Assembly: GCA_040285855.1 (NCBI GenBank)
Contig: JAUFOQ010000013.1
Location: forward strand, 806,001 to 870,000
Source: Eukaryota sp. GEM-RC1
Lineage: Eukaryota
Length of the DNA stretch: 64,000 nucleotides
Direction of reading: 5' to 3'
Positions 25,601-37,249 of the stretch are shown here, one piece after another. Positions within the stretch are counted from its first letter, which is position 1, and the number at the start of each line of letters is the position of its first letter. The position numbers and the translations under genes are program-made. Under the pieces are notes generated by a model. That model had not been told where the DNA came from and did no database searches. It saw only the letters and a list, made by a program, of their open reading frames with translations.

Positions 25601-26052
25601 TAGCTCTTTCCATGACAATTCCGATCCTATCCTCCCAAAAGCAGAGACCATAGACACGGAGAACAGCAGGGTGATTTAGTTGAATAAGAAGGCTCATCTC
25701 CTTCTGGAGCTTTAGTCTTCCTTTTTCAGTAAGTGATATCATTTTAACAGCAACAGGAAGTTGGAACCACTCTGCAGCATAGACAACTGCAAAACCTCCT
25801 TCATCGATCTTGTTAAAAAGCTTGATTTGATTCGATGGGATTTCAGGACAGAGATCGCCATTACGAGCAGCTTCGATGAGCTCTCTAAGAGAATAATTAG
25901 GTTTTTTTAACAAGGGGGGAATCTGTGCGGCATATTGGACATTGTTTCAAAGAGGATGCACATTGAGCACAAGCGGTATGTCCGGAGTCACATAAAAGTA
26001 ACGGTAAGCGCTGAGAAAGATTGAATGGCTTACAGCAGGAGAAGCAATCCAT
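19681..26052 (-). CDS. Giant multidomain protein (~2,100 aa): RING-HC, TKL-type kinase, unknown region, bacterial-type PARG (DUF2263/TIGR02452), PBZ-like CCHH array, putative ART-fold domain, beta-rich domain, VWA
   Basis: ATG at 26052 gives MDCFSCCKPF..CDSGHTACAQC..CPICR. After +1 at the A7 run (~25902) come kinase motifs EGGFAVVY, VAVK, HGDLKPGN, DFG, APE. A +1 at ~25290 leads into the 1628-aa ORF with LNMA..PGGGYRTGASAQEE and LGCGAFRNP. A +1 at ~20450 leads into VWA (FDATSSM, YRDIGD, GGDDVAED, IGDAPNHG), with an intron at ~20181-20211. Confidence 0.8.
20181..20211 (-). other. Short intron (27 or 31 nt) in the VWA region
   Basis: Minus strand reads GTATGTTTATTCTTTTTTTAATTAATCTTAG. The GTTTAT donor (27 nt) restores SFHVFCAYRD directly. 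The GTATGT donor (31 nt) needs one more base upstream. Confidence 0.7.
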
Positions 26053-27200
26053 TGGAAAGTCAACTCTCGATAAATCGAATCTCTCATAATTTGAGACAAC
26101 ATTTCAACCATTCCCCTGCTTTTGCCGTCCAAATTTATGAACATGCATCATTACTTAGCTGGCTCAACGATCATGATAATTGTAAGGAAGTTCATCTACA
26201 TCCTGATTCAATTCAACAGGGTCGAATCACATTTCATCCATTTTGTCACGTCATCAGTGAATCATTCAATAACACGAATCCTTCTATAACTCGAACAAAA
26301 GTTTCAGTCACATGTCCTACGAGTTATCGAGAGTTGACTATACTGTATTGGTATTAACAGCAATTCAAATCTCTCAATTCAAATCATGACCGCAGAATTT
26401 GAAAAACTGGATATAATAACCAACTGTACGATATATATAACTAATATATGTACTTTTGAGCACTTCTTCAATTTTTTATTGTATGATTTCCAGAAGTTGG
26501 TGTATCAGACTTTTATCACGGGCCTAAAATTTAGTACAAGACAGTCATAACTCATAAGTAAAGATTTCCAAAAAAGATAAACCATCCTTATTTCTCAAGC
26601 TTCAACAATAAATGTAATTTCTCCTGTTAACACTAGAAACAGTGGAGCAAATTCAAGCAGTTTATCAATATCTTTCCCCAAGTCTTTGTCTAAAAGTGAC
26701 AATCGATTTGATTGGCTATTACTTGTCTAAGTCATTGATTCCACATTTGGTATTTTGAGAATGTTCGAATCTGGTTTGTTTTTCGAAGATTGATAAAGTT
26801 AGAAAATTTATTCATTCATCAGCTTCTAGTTTATGTTAAAAGAGAAAGTTGCATTCACGTTGGAACATCCACACTATTAATAAGCATAATCAACTTTTGG
26901 GTCACGCAAAAACCCAAATCAAGTCAGTGAATTTAAGATCTACAAGGGTTCTGAAAACTTACTCTTTTCAATATGTTCAAATTCTATGTCTTTCGGAAGA
27001 AATCGTTCAATGATTGTTTCAACAGGTTTAAAAATTATGAAATATATTTTACCCATATAAAATTTTAAATATTTCGTGACGAGTATTAAGGAATACGGTC
27101 ACAAACAAATGCTATTACAACTAGTCCAACTATTGTGAAATACACATATCCCAGACAGCTCGTGTGGGAGGTTCCAAACACTTAAATTATTCCAAATATT

Positions 27201-28076
27201 TTAAATTGTCAATATCGGAGCACACCCCTGATCAATATCCAAAACAATAACATTATTAATTGTAGCAGATGTTTTAGTAAAGAACTTCACAGCTTCTTGC
27301 GCTGCAAACCCTCCAATAGTCATTGCACAAGGATAAAGAGTGGGAGAATCGAAATCAGCAACAGCTCTCGAACAAGACTCTTCAATACCATTAGACAGTT
27401 TCGAGGACAGTCGTGGAAGAACATTCGCAGTCACCTCAGTAACAGAAGGTAGGGGTTTACCAAGAAAATAGTTACTAAGAAGGAGGAGAGAACAGCCAAT
27501 GTAAGGGGAGATTCTACGGGGGAAAGTTAGAGAGTTGAGCTTACTAAGAACTGTGTTAAGATTAGTGTAGGTTACAGAAGAGCGTTGATCCTCGTAAACA
27601 AAGGAAAAATCCAGAAAGTTGAGAGCTACTATACCTAATCTACAATGTGACCAACACCAAAGATGAGCGATTTTCTTGGAGTTCAATGAATCGAAAAGAG
27701 AAGTGTCAACATGCTTATCACAGAATATGACTAAATCTTCTTGATTTGGGTCAAGATCAGATTGGACAGAAACTTTACAATTTGGGTTAAGTTCTTGCAG
27801 AGGTCCAAGAGCTGATGAAGATCTGGGAGAACCAATAGATTTGGGGGAGAGGAAGTAGGAGGAAGTAAGGTCATCCTCAGTAACCACATGATTATCTACA
27901 AGAAAAATGGATCCAACACCAGTAAGGATAAGGTTTTTGGCTACTTCTAGTCCTGTTGGTGTTAAGGAAAGGATCCAAACACGTCCTTGTTTTAAACGAC
28001 TTTGAGCTTCTAAACCCCATACTCGAATTTGTCTATCATAAAGCTCTGCTTCAGTTTGTGATACAGATGTTGTCAT
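27201..28076 (-). CDS. SAE1: SUMO-activating enzyme E1 subunit 1 (Aos1/SAE1, ThiF family)
   Basis: EAELYDRQIRVWGLEAQSRL, GLEVAKNLILTGVGSI, LQELNP and IGGFAAQEAVK; 291 aa. Confidence 0.85.
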   Translation of the reverse strand: MTTSVSQTEAELYDRQIRVWGLEAQSRLKQGRVWILSLTPTGLEVAKNLILTGVGSIFLVDNHVVTEDDLTSSYFLSPKSIGSPRSSSALGPLQELNPNCKVSVQSDLDPNQEDLVIFCDKHVDTSLFDSLNSKKIAHLWCWSHCRLGIVALNFLDFSFVYEDQRSSVTYTNLNTVLSKLNSLTFPRRISPYIGCSLLLLSNYFLGKPLPSVTEVTANVLPRLSSKLSNGIEESCSRAVADFDSPTLYPCAMTIGGFAAQEAVKFFTKTSATINNVIVLDIDQGCAPILTI

Positions 28077-28152
28077 GAGAATAGATTCAATGTTTGATTG
28101 AATGAGTTAGTTTTGGGTTCCAAATTTTCGAACTTTTTCTTCCTTCACATAA

Positions 28153-29454
28153 ATGCAAAGATTTTTCGAACCCAAACAGTCAAGGTTTTCTGAACCTAGA
28201 CAGAAGAAAGCCAACACTGGTCTGTCATTGAACAGCGTCCCTACTTGGAAGGACTACTCTCACAACATTCCATGTCCCAAGAATCCTCATTTCCCCGTAA
28301 ACGACGATATCAACTCCAAAGTGTCTCTGTGGAAAGGCGATTCCACTGCTCTCAAAATCGATTCCATTGTCAACGCTGCTAATCAATCTCTTCTTGGAGG
28401 AGGTGGTATCGATGGCATTATCCACACCAAAGCAGGTCCTAAACTGCGTAGATTTTGCCAGACTCTTAATGGCTGCAGAACTGGTTATACTAAGAAATCT
28501 CCTGGCTTTAACCTTCCTTGCCAATACATTCTTCACACCGTTGGTCCCATTGGTGAACGTCCTGCAGAGCTACATTCCTGTTACCAAACCATTCTTGAAC
28601 ATATTGATGGGGATACAATCCGATCTACCGCCTTTTGTGGAATTTCTACTGGTATCTATGGGTATCCTATTAACAGTGCTGTTCACATTGCTCTTAAAAC
28701 TGTTAGGGAATGGTTGGAGATCCCCGAGAATTTGGAGAAAGTTGATCGTTTGGTCTTTGTAGTGTTTGATCACGCATCTGTTGAGGCTTATCATCGGTTT
28801 TTCCCAATCTACTTCCCTCATTGCATTGATACTAATCCTGTAGAAGACTCTGATAGTCAAAGTGATGAAGAAATTGAAGAAATTGTTGCTAGTTGCTCGT
28901 CATCTGATGACCTGATCACACAGTCAAGTGAAGAATCAGCAGAGGAAGTAATAGAAGAAGGTGTTGAAGACAGACATGAAGAAGAAGCAGATTGTGAACA
29001 ATTTGTAGTTGAAGAGAAAATGGAATCAGCTGAAGTTGATCTTGTTGAAGACAAAACTGAACAAGAAGCAGATTGTGTACAACCTGTAGTTGAAGAGAAA
29101 ATGGAATCAGCTGAAGTTGATCTTGTTGAAGACAAAACTGAACAAGAAGCAGATTGTGTACAACCTGTAGTTGAAGAGAAAATGGAATCAGCTGAAGTTG
29201 ATCTTGTTGAAGACAAAACTGAACAAGAAGCAGATTGTGTACAACCTGTAGTTGAAGAGAAAATGGAATCAGCTGAAGTTGATCTTGTTGAAGACAAAAC
29301 TGAACAAGAAGCAGATTGTGTACAACCTGTAGTTGAAGAGAAAATGGAATCAGCTGAAGTTGATCTTGTTGAAGACAAAACTGAACAAGAAGCAGATTGT
29401 GTACAACCTGTAGTTGAAGATCAAGAAGAACCAACAATGATGTCCGATGAATAA
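28153..29454 (+). CDS. MacroD1/2-type ADP-ribose glycohydrolase macrodomain with acidic tandem-repeat tail
   Basis: VSLWKGDST, IVNAANQSLLGGGGIDGIIH, ILHTVGP and ISTGIYGYP. Confidence 0.92.
   Translation: MQRFFEPKQSRFSEPRQKKANTGLSLNSVPTWKDYSHNIPCPKNPHFPVNDDINSKVSLWKGDSTALKIDSIVNAANQSLLGGGGIDGIIHTKAGPKLRRFCQTLNGCRTGYTKKSPGFNLPCQYILHTVGPIGERPAELHSCYQTILEHIDGDTIRSTAFCGISTGIYGYPINSAVHIALKTVREWLEIPENLEKVDRLVFVVFDHASVEAYHRFFPIYFPHCIDTNPVEDSDSQSDEEIEEIVASCSSSDDLITQSSEESAEEVIEEGVEDRHEEEADCEQFVVEEKMESAEVDLVEDKTEQEADCVQPVVEEKMESAEVDLVEDKTEQEADCVQPVVEEKMESAEVDLVEDKTEQEADCVQPVVEEKMESAEVDLVEDKTEQEADCVQPVVEEKMESAEVDLVEDKTEQEADCVQPVVEDQEEPTMMSDE
28978..29419 (+). repeat. 81-bp coding tandem repeat (27 aa, ~5.4 units)
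   Basis: Unit EQEADCVQPVVEEKMESAEVDLVEDKT starting at 28978 (diverged), 29059, 29140, 29221, 29302 and 29383 (partial). Confidence 0.97.
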
Positions 29455-29991
29455 TTTAAAGCTTTTAACACATTTGAAGATTTTTTGGAAATTGAATGCA
29501 ACGAAAAAGTCTTAGTATAAATACAGATTCAACTTTATTTCATGAGTTCAATAGTCATCAGTTCTCGGAAACGGAAGTAAAACTAATCGTTTTTATTGGT
29601 ACCATTCAAAAACACAATTTCCCATCAATTCCGAACTTTACACATCCACTATTTTTTAAAATTCCGAACATTTTTAAAATAGTACACCAAGTCCTCTGAT
29701 CAGACTAGGCTCCCCAATTCACCTCACCCCAGGGTGATGTCACCCGGGTCAAAGAGTTCTGCCTTGGGATGACCCGGGTGATTTCACATAGAACTAAGAT
29801 GAACTGTAAAATCTAAACTTTTATAATATCTTAAGAACTGATTTACTCAACAAATATTGATGATTAAAACATACATATGTTGTTCCATCTACTCCAAGTG
29901 GTATAGAAACAGTTCCTGTGTTAATGTGGAGAATTCACCTTCTTATATTTTCTTAATTATATGTATTAGTCTTCATGTTGTATATAAATAG

Positions 29992-30341
29992 GAGAATGTC
30001 TAAATCCACAACTTATTACACAACTTCACTTATTACACAGAACTCTAACACGACAATTTGGACCATCGAAATGTCTCATCCTGGTTAGAACTCAAAGTCC
30101 AAATTGTTATTTGCAAGTTTTCACCAACATGATGTTCATAACATCAACCGAGAAATAAATCAGTAGAAACAGAAGTAACCATACTTTTACGAACACAATT
30201 TCATTTTTCCAAAATCCAAGACGCTTTTCTTTTACAAACTTCACAACGTTCTCAAGTAAAGCAACACGACAATTTGGACCATCGAAATGTCTCACCCCAA
30301 TAAGTGAAGTTGTGTAATAAGTTGTGGATTTAGACATTCTC
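29992..30341. repeat. Paired 43-bp inverted repeat and 32-bp direct repeat
   Basis: 29992-30034 is the reverse complement of 30299-30341. AACACGACAATTTGGACCATCGAAATGTCTCA occurs at 30047 and 30263. Confidence 0.9.
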
Positions 30342-30558
30342 ATAAATAGAGAGTATCTAAAAATTGAGTTCTCAAGGAGTTGGAAACAAAGAAAGCTTAA
30401 GAGGTAAAGTTCTAAAAAGATGACTGATTTTTCATTTAAAACAAACAGAAAGTCAAGTAGAAGAGGCCTCAAGGAACGTAAGATCTTGTTTTACCAACAA
30501 TTGAATTTTAATTATCTCCAGATAATTAGTGTACAGATTTGAAATTTAGCAAACAAAG

Positions 30559-32020
30559 TTACACATATATTAAACACAATATTCGACCTTTTGAAATATT
30601 TGTAAGAAAAAGTCTGGTTTTTGACTCAATGACATTCTCCAAAAGATTGATGACAGAAACAGTAGAATTAAATCGTACTGATTCAGCTATAATCAATGCA
30701 CCTTCGGTATAAATTGAATTATTTTGAAGATGAACTTCAATTAAAGTAGAGTTTACCTTCAATACTTCAGATACAACCATCGCTCCTTCCACTCCAACAG
30801 AATTCCCACTAAGATCAATCAAAGTAATTGAAGTATTTACCTTTAAAGCTTCTGCAATCGCTTTGGTTCCTGTAACACCAATAGAGTTACACTGAAGATT
30901 AAGTGCAGAAATGGTGGAGTTAACGAATAAGGCTTGGGCTAAAACTGACGCAGCTTCAGGGCCAATGGAGTTTTGAGCGAGATTAATATTAGTAATTGAG
31001 GTGTTTACTTTCAACATTTGTGCCAATGCAATTGCTCCTTCACTACCAATTGAGTTAGACTGTAAGTATATCTCAGTAACTTTGGAATTTTCTGTCAGAA
31101 CTTCAGCTATTGCAGTAATACCTTCGCTACCAATAGAATTATTTCCTAAATAGATGGAAGTAATTGTGGAATTGACTTTCAACGCTTTTGACAACGCTCT
31201 CGCACCTTCAGGTCCAATAGAGTTATTTCCTAAATTTAACGTAGTAATTGACTTATTTTCTTTAACCATTTCAGCCAATGCTATGGCACCTTCAGTACCA
31301 ATATAATTTCGAAAAGATTGACCGAACAAATGTTGGAATTGACCATCAACGCTTCAGCAAAATCAACAATACCTTCAACTCCAATTAAATTCCGTGATAC
31401 ATTGATTGATGAAATACTAGAATTAACCTTTAGCGACTCAGCCAGTATAAAAAACCCCAAACGTCATCAAGATGAACATCCAACCTCTTGAGATGAGGGA
31501 AATACAATGGAGAAGCTTTGTTAAGGAATATTAGGTCACTATTGTACTTTAAAATGATCTTTAGGCCAATAATGATGCGATTCCAGGTGAAGAAGTGTTG
31601 AACATCAAACGAGGTGGAAACGTTTAGGAAAACAGATCTGATCTCAGCTTCGAAAAGAGAAGCAGCTGATGTCAGAAGGAGTATTTGAGAAGAAGCTATA
31701 GGTAAAGTGTTTGCTTGGAAGAACAACTTGACAGCTAGAAAAGTACATTGGAAGAACGCAAGGCTAACAAAGCCAATTTGTTTAAAAGACTGAGCTAGTT
31801 CCAGTAACAGATATTGTAAAGAACGAGGATGCCAGCAGTCTAAATCAAGATATGAGTTCAAACGGTGCCTAAGAAGATGAGTGTTAATTGATAAAAGAAG
31901 GGACTGTTGCAAAGTAATAGTCCTGGGAGAGACATCGTGGAATGTTTTAGACCCCAATAGAGTACATGGTGGTAGCATTGAAATGTAGACCAATGACAGT
32001 TCCGCCAGTTCATAAACACG
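30559..32020 (-). CDS. RI-type LRR protein (~10 diverged 28-aa repeats) with uncharacterised N-terminal domain; frameshifted at ~31450 and ~31313, start unresolved, possible pseudogene
   Basis: Repeats such as LNLGNNSIGPEGARALSKALKVNSTIT. The bridge frame LAESLKVNSSISSINVSRNLIGVEG links ORFs 31430-31993 and 30559-31329. Confidence 0.75.
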
Positions 32021-32913
32021 ATCTCAAAATTCTTGTGTGGGATCTTGTACTGGCTTTTCCACGTCTTTTACAAACTGTTGTGCTAGGTTCGTGCTTCCAG
32101 TCAGTTGCTAGAGTTTCGTAGGACAACTCTATACAACGAGCTTCTTATTAAACATCCCAACTTTATCTGTCTACATCCTCTCATCGCTCTTCTTCAATAA
32201 TATACAACCTTTCAACTCATGTCGTTACTGGTTTGCTCTGTGGTTTTCCTCTCCGATTTACCAAGATACCCTGCTAGGGACTTAGGTAGACTGTTTGTTT
32301 TTCTAACTTTCCCTGTAATGGTTCAAAAGAGCTCCCACCTGGTGGTACTTCTTGTCTTCATTTAACTGGACCTAGTTTTGTTAGGATAATTGAGAAGTTT
32401 GTTACTGAGTACTGTACTTTAGAATTGTTAGTGATGAAAGTAATTTTCATCACAACTGCGTGGGAGATAATAAGCAAGAAAACCCCAACTACTTAGACGA
32501 TGAAGAGCCACGTCATCAGTCGTCATCGTCATCAATAATGAGGAAAAGGAAAATGAAGCTATTTGACAAGCCATTGCCAAACAAGTTACTTTAGCATAAA
32601 ACTGTGCTGTCAAAATCCTACATGTAGAAGTTCAGTGTGAGAACGTGCTATCGATGATGCCAAGTCTTATTCGAACATCAGGAAAACGTGTGTCCTCAGT
32701 TGCCAGATTAGCTGACGTTGTAAACGTCAGCAACTGAAAAGGGCTGACAATGCACCCAATAGTCATTGATAGTCTTTATATGTACTGTACATCCACATGA
32801 GATATGATTGATCTAGATTCTTTTCCTACTCTGGACGGAACCAGTATGAGATCTACAAGTCTCCCCTATCTAATCAAAGAAAAACTACTAAGAATTTTAT
32901 TTTAAAGAACTAT

Positions 32914-33160
32914 TTAAGTAAATTGAAGGGAAATTCCATTTGAGGAATTTGAATTACCAATGAAGTTTCCAAGAAACTTGATACAATCAGAAGAATAATT
33001 AACAAAAGGAATAGCAACTCCATCGTACAGAACAATATCATCCATACGACTAATAACAACACTCTTGTTCAAGTTGATTGTCAAACCAATTTCACCAGAA
33101 AGAGCGACGAATCGTGCAAAACGTGGTTTCAATGTATGCATTTTGCCAATTAAAAAAGAA
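32914..33160 (-). mobile_element. Non-LTR reverse transcriptase relic (end of RT domain)
   Basis: EIGLTINLNKSVVI..IPFVNYSSDCIKFLGNFIG parallels SIGLTINFDKCFLV..IPIIDYSTQCFRFLGTFLG at 43601. Confidence 0.7.
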
Positions 33161-33169
33161 AGCTGATCA

Positions 33170-33761
33170 AGTTGTTGATAACTGAGAGCAAATCTTTGGA
33201 CTGTTTTCTTGAAAGATTCAAAGAAAAATTCTATTGGGTTTTGCTCTGGGCAGTATGGAGGTAGTTTAAAGTAAAGCTTCAGAGATATTTAAGTGGATGT
33301 GGATTCGGCAACCATCTAAGACGATGCAACTTCTCAGTCCACCTCTAATTTATTGAAACCTTAGACAGAGAAGGGATTGCAAAAAGCAAATTAACGGTTG
33401 TCTATCAAAATAGTCTTCCTGTATATGCGAATGAACTTAACCCTTTGCATACAAGCTAAAATCTGACTATATCTCATGGGGAAACTTTGAACATGTATAG
33501 AACTACCCTTGGGAGACCAACCTTTGTTCTGATGACGTCATCACTCTGGAACGATATTTCATCGATAAAGAGCAGATGTTTCTGAACAACTGGTCCTATA
33601 TAAAAGAAGATTGTTCTTTCAAACTGTTCAATAAGCTCACGTTTTGCTCTATGAACAATGGCCTGGCATTTTTTATAAGTGAAACCAGCTCGTACAAATG
33701 CGCAATGAACGGCAGCTACACATACTTCCACACCACTATTTCTTCTTAGAAGTATAACCAT
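33170..33761 (-). mobile_element. Tc1/IS630-family DDE transposase relic
   Basis: GFTYKK..LLFIDEISF and, further downstream, KLPPYCPEQNPIEFFFESFK (cf. LPPYSPDLNPIE). Confidence 0.8.
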
Positions 33762-34693
33762 TTCTAAATATAATTATAATTTTATATTATAATTTTTTAA
33801 ATAAAGAACTGTGTTATTATTCAGAACACCTTTTATATACATTTTCAAATGCTGATAGCTTACCTCTTTTATGAACATCGGAATTATGTTTTGGAGTAAA
33901 TTTAATCAAACTCTTTGACGTACTCGCATTGTATTTGCACTGTACAGAAGTTTCCCAAAGGGTTTGAATTGTATACTGGACAAATTGTATCGTGGTTTTA
34001 AGAGGAGATGTAGATCATTTAATATCTTTAAAGTACTAATATGCATTTCGTTAATTGTGGTTGCCTATAAATAGTCTTTATTTATTTTAGAAATTATTAT
34101 CGGTATTACAACACACAGACTGGAAAGAGCTCTGATTTCTTGAGGTGACTATAACGGGGAGACGAAGTAGGCTTCCTGTATGTATGTAGATCTAATATTT
34201 GTAATTATAATATTTTACAACAAAGTAATATGGAAAAATCGTATAATTCAAGCAATGGTTGGAACATAACGATCGGTTTCTTATCACTGTTCGGTTATCA
34301 TAGAGGTTTAAGAGGATAGGGTAAGAATCAGCGTTGGCAAATAACTTGATACGTCACAACGCGCTGTGAAGTCAATATTTCGGGCGACTTTACATACTTA
34401 ATTTTCTCATGACATTGTGTTGCGTTGTTACGCACAAGGGCCATTTTGTATGTATTACTAATGACCGCAATAACTCTATTTCTACTTATAGAACTAAATA
34501 CTGTTATTCAACCAGCCGCTGAGACGTAAAGCGGCATGGATCAATGAATTTCTTCCAAGGATGTTACGTTTTTGTTACTACAAAAAAATCCTATAAAATA
34601 TGAATGATTTTTTGATGGTGAAACCACATCTCGGTAGAATTATGTGGATATAAAAAAACACTCTAGATTTTAGTCTTTAGATCTACCCCAGTA

Positions 34694-34768
34694 CAGTCTA
34701 CCCTCCCATTAAGGTAAAACTCCCATTAAGGTCTGCCCAAAGCCTTGCACTAATGGGAGGGTAGACTG
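34694..34768. mobile_element. 75-bp Tc1/mariner-type MITE
   Basis: 18-bp TIRs CAGTCTACCCTCCCATTA / TAATGGGAGGGTAGACTG flanked by TA on both sides, plus an internal copy of CTCCCATTAAGGT. Confidence 0.8.
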
Positions 34769-35487
34769 TACAATTTAGTTACTCAAAACAATTTTTGATT
34801 TAATAGTCTTTTTTAAACAAATTTAGTTTGTATAAACAACAACACAACAGTGTACATACATTTGGTACGGATGCTCGTTGTGTTCTCTCTGACTGTGAGA
34901 AAGTTGTTAAAAAAGAAATAAGAAAAACTTTGACCATAACTTAGACTGTCTTTACAATCTTTAAAACAATTCCTATGATAGTCTCGAAAGCTCTTTCAGC
35001 TCCTAGTGTTTTTTATGAAGAGAAAGAATCTGTGAGTATGAATGTAAATGAATGTTGCTATAATGATTTCGAGTTCTAGTTTTTGTTCACCGTTTCTGTT
35101 CTCTAAAAGTCAAACTAATTTAACAAACCATACGTCTTTTAACCAATATCTTCAACATCCAAATTGACTAATTCAAAATATCCACCTAACAAACAGTGTG
35201 ATTTTAGTGGTTTTGCACACGCATGTCTAAACATTTCCGAATAAAAAAAGAATTTCATTTCATAGTAGTCAGTGAGTATGTGACGCAACGTGACGCAACT
35301 TGTGTCATTAGATCTGCCAATACTAGTAAGACCCTTTCAGTGAAACGTGGAGAGAATAACCAATTCTATAATTGATAGAGTAACTGTAATCAAGACACGT
35401 CAACCCTGACAAAGATGTCTCATAGTCTTGAAGTGACAGAGAAGCCACAGAATTACCTATACTTTTAAAAATTGACTCTTCCTCGTC

Positions 35488-37249
35488 ATGTCTCCCAAGC
35501 CAGAATCCACAACATCAAAATTTAGACATTTAGTCTCGATTGCTCCACAATTCCAAGGCTCTCCCACAGTATCCCCTGTAGAAATTGGTACCGAATCGGT
35601 AGTCGTTCATCCAGCCCCCTCTATTTCAGCAAAGGAATCTGATTCTACAACCAGAGTGTGTAGGCCATCCAAGTTCAAAAGATCGATTTGAAAGATGTCC
35701 GTCAATATGTTCCGAAATCTCGTCTACTCAAAGAACGTGAATCCGCCAAATCTGAATCCAGAATTGACCAGATGTCTCCTAAATTGCATCGTACACAGCA
35801 CACCTCTACCACTGCTAGTAATCTTCCTCATCGTGGTATTAACCGAGTCAGAGATTGTCCTCGCCAAGATCTTTATCAACATCCATACTCTAAGAACAAT
35901 ACTAATCAACGTCCTCTTTTCCGTACACTAAAAGTGGCCACGGGTTTGTTGAACAAACTCTCAGAGTCTAACAAAGATAAGATCTTCGATATGGTTGTCG
36001 AAATCTTTAAGAAACAACATGTTTGTACAAAGACTCTTTCAAACAATGACTTCGAACAGTTTAAGTCAGAGTTTGTAACTCTTCTATTTGAAAAGGCTGT
36101 TCTTGAACCTCCTTATGTCAACTTATACTCTCAACTTTGTTTGACGTTATCAAAACAATACCCTATCTTGACAGGTTGTTTAATTGATCAATGTCAGGAT
36201 AACTTTGAGAAATTCTTCATTCAAGATAGTGGAATCTCTGATGAGATCACTGGTTTCCTTGATCAAATCAGGAAAGATGTTTTTTCAACCACATGGAAGT
36301 CACCGAAGCTCAACTTGATGATGAACGGTGTTATAGAAAAGCCCAGTTCAAGGCAAAAGTTTTGGGCAATCTTCGCTTTGTTGCTTCCTTAATTCTTCAC
36401 TCAGTTTTTCCTCCAGGAGTAGCTTCAACAATTACTAAACAATTAGTTCAAAACTTCCAAAAACCACTGGCAATTGAAGGTCTTCTTACTCTATGGACTA
36501 AACTACTTGAATCCGCTGGAATCAATGATTATATTGAGAAAGTCGTGGCTGAACATATTCAAGGATTCTCAACTTGTAAAGACATTCCCGCTAGCGTCCG
36601 TTGTCTATGTGCTAATTGGATGGAAAATTACTATAAGAAAAAAGCTCACCAGCAAGCAGTGATAACTTCTACTCACCATAAGAAGTCTGATGATGGTTTT
36701 GTTGCAGTGGCAGCTATTAGGAGAAGAAAAGCTAGACATGTACCATATACTAAAGAACAAGTCAACAAGTTTGTTAGTAATATTGACTGTATGTCTGTTT
36801 TTGATATTCTTCCAGAGTTTTACAAACTTCAACTGTCAGAACATGAGAAGACTGCTTTTGTCGCTGATCTTCTATTCTACTTTACTAATCAGAACAGATC
36901 TTTGCTTCGAGACAAGTTTCAAGCGATTACTGAAGAACTACTCAAAGATAAGGAAGGATTGACAAAGAATCAATGTGTTACTGGATTGTGTAAGTTCTGT
37001 AAAGAAGGGCAGTATGATGAAGTTTTGGAAGATCTTCCAAACGCTGGCGAGTTTTTGGCACCTGTATTGTCAAATTGGATTGAATCGGGAATTGTAAACA
37101 GGGCACAATTGATTGATTGTTTTGTGAGTGTTGACCCTTATAATCTTTCTGGCTTAGTCACGTCATTTGTTGATTATCGTAGAGAGAGTTATCTTGATTT
37201 TGAGTGGCTGGAAAAGAACGAAAAAGTTTGTAGTATATTATCATCCTAA
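35488..37249 (+). CDS. eIF4G-like protein (MIF4G plus MA3-like C-terminus); -1 frameshifts at ~35665 and ~36280
   Basis: LLNKLSESN, LLFEKAVLEPPYVNLYSQLC, LIDQCQDNFE and KVLGNLRFVASL. The 5' join with ORF 35488 is less certain. Confidence 0.8.

Noticed and set aside
28857..29437. Two long antisense ORFs with repeats
   Set aside because: They are shadows of the 81-bp coding repeat.
29705..29785. GC-rich hairpin TCACCCGGGTCA..TGACCCGGGTGA as a possible ncRNA or tRNA
   Set aside because: No cloverleaf or A/B boxes; more likely an orphan transposon end, but unsupported.
35656..35663. GTGTGTAG as a frame-restoring 8-nt intron in eIF4G
   Set aside because: Too short and lacks a branch point; a single missing base explains the shift.
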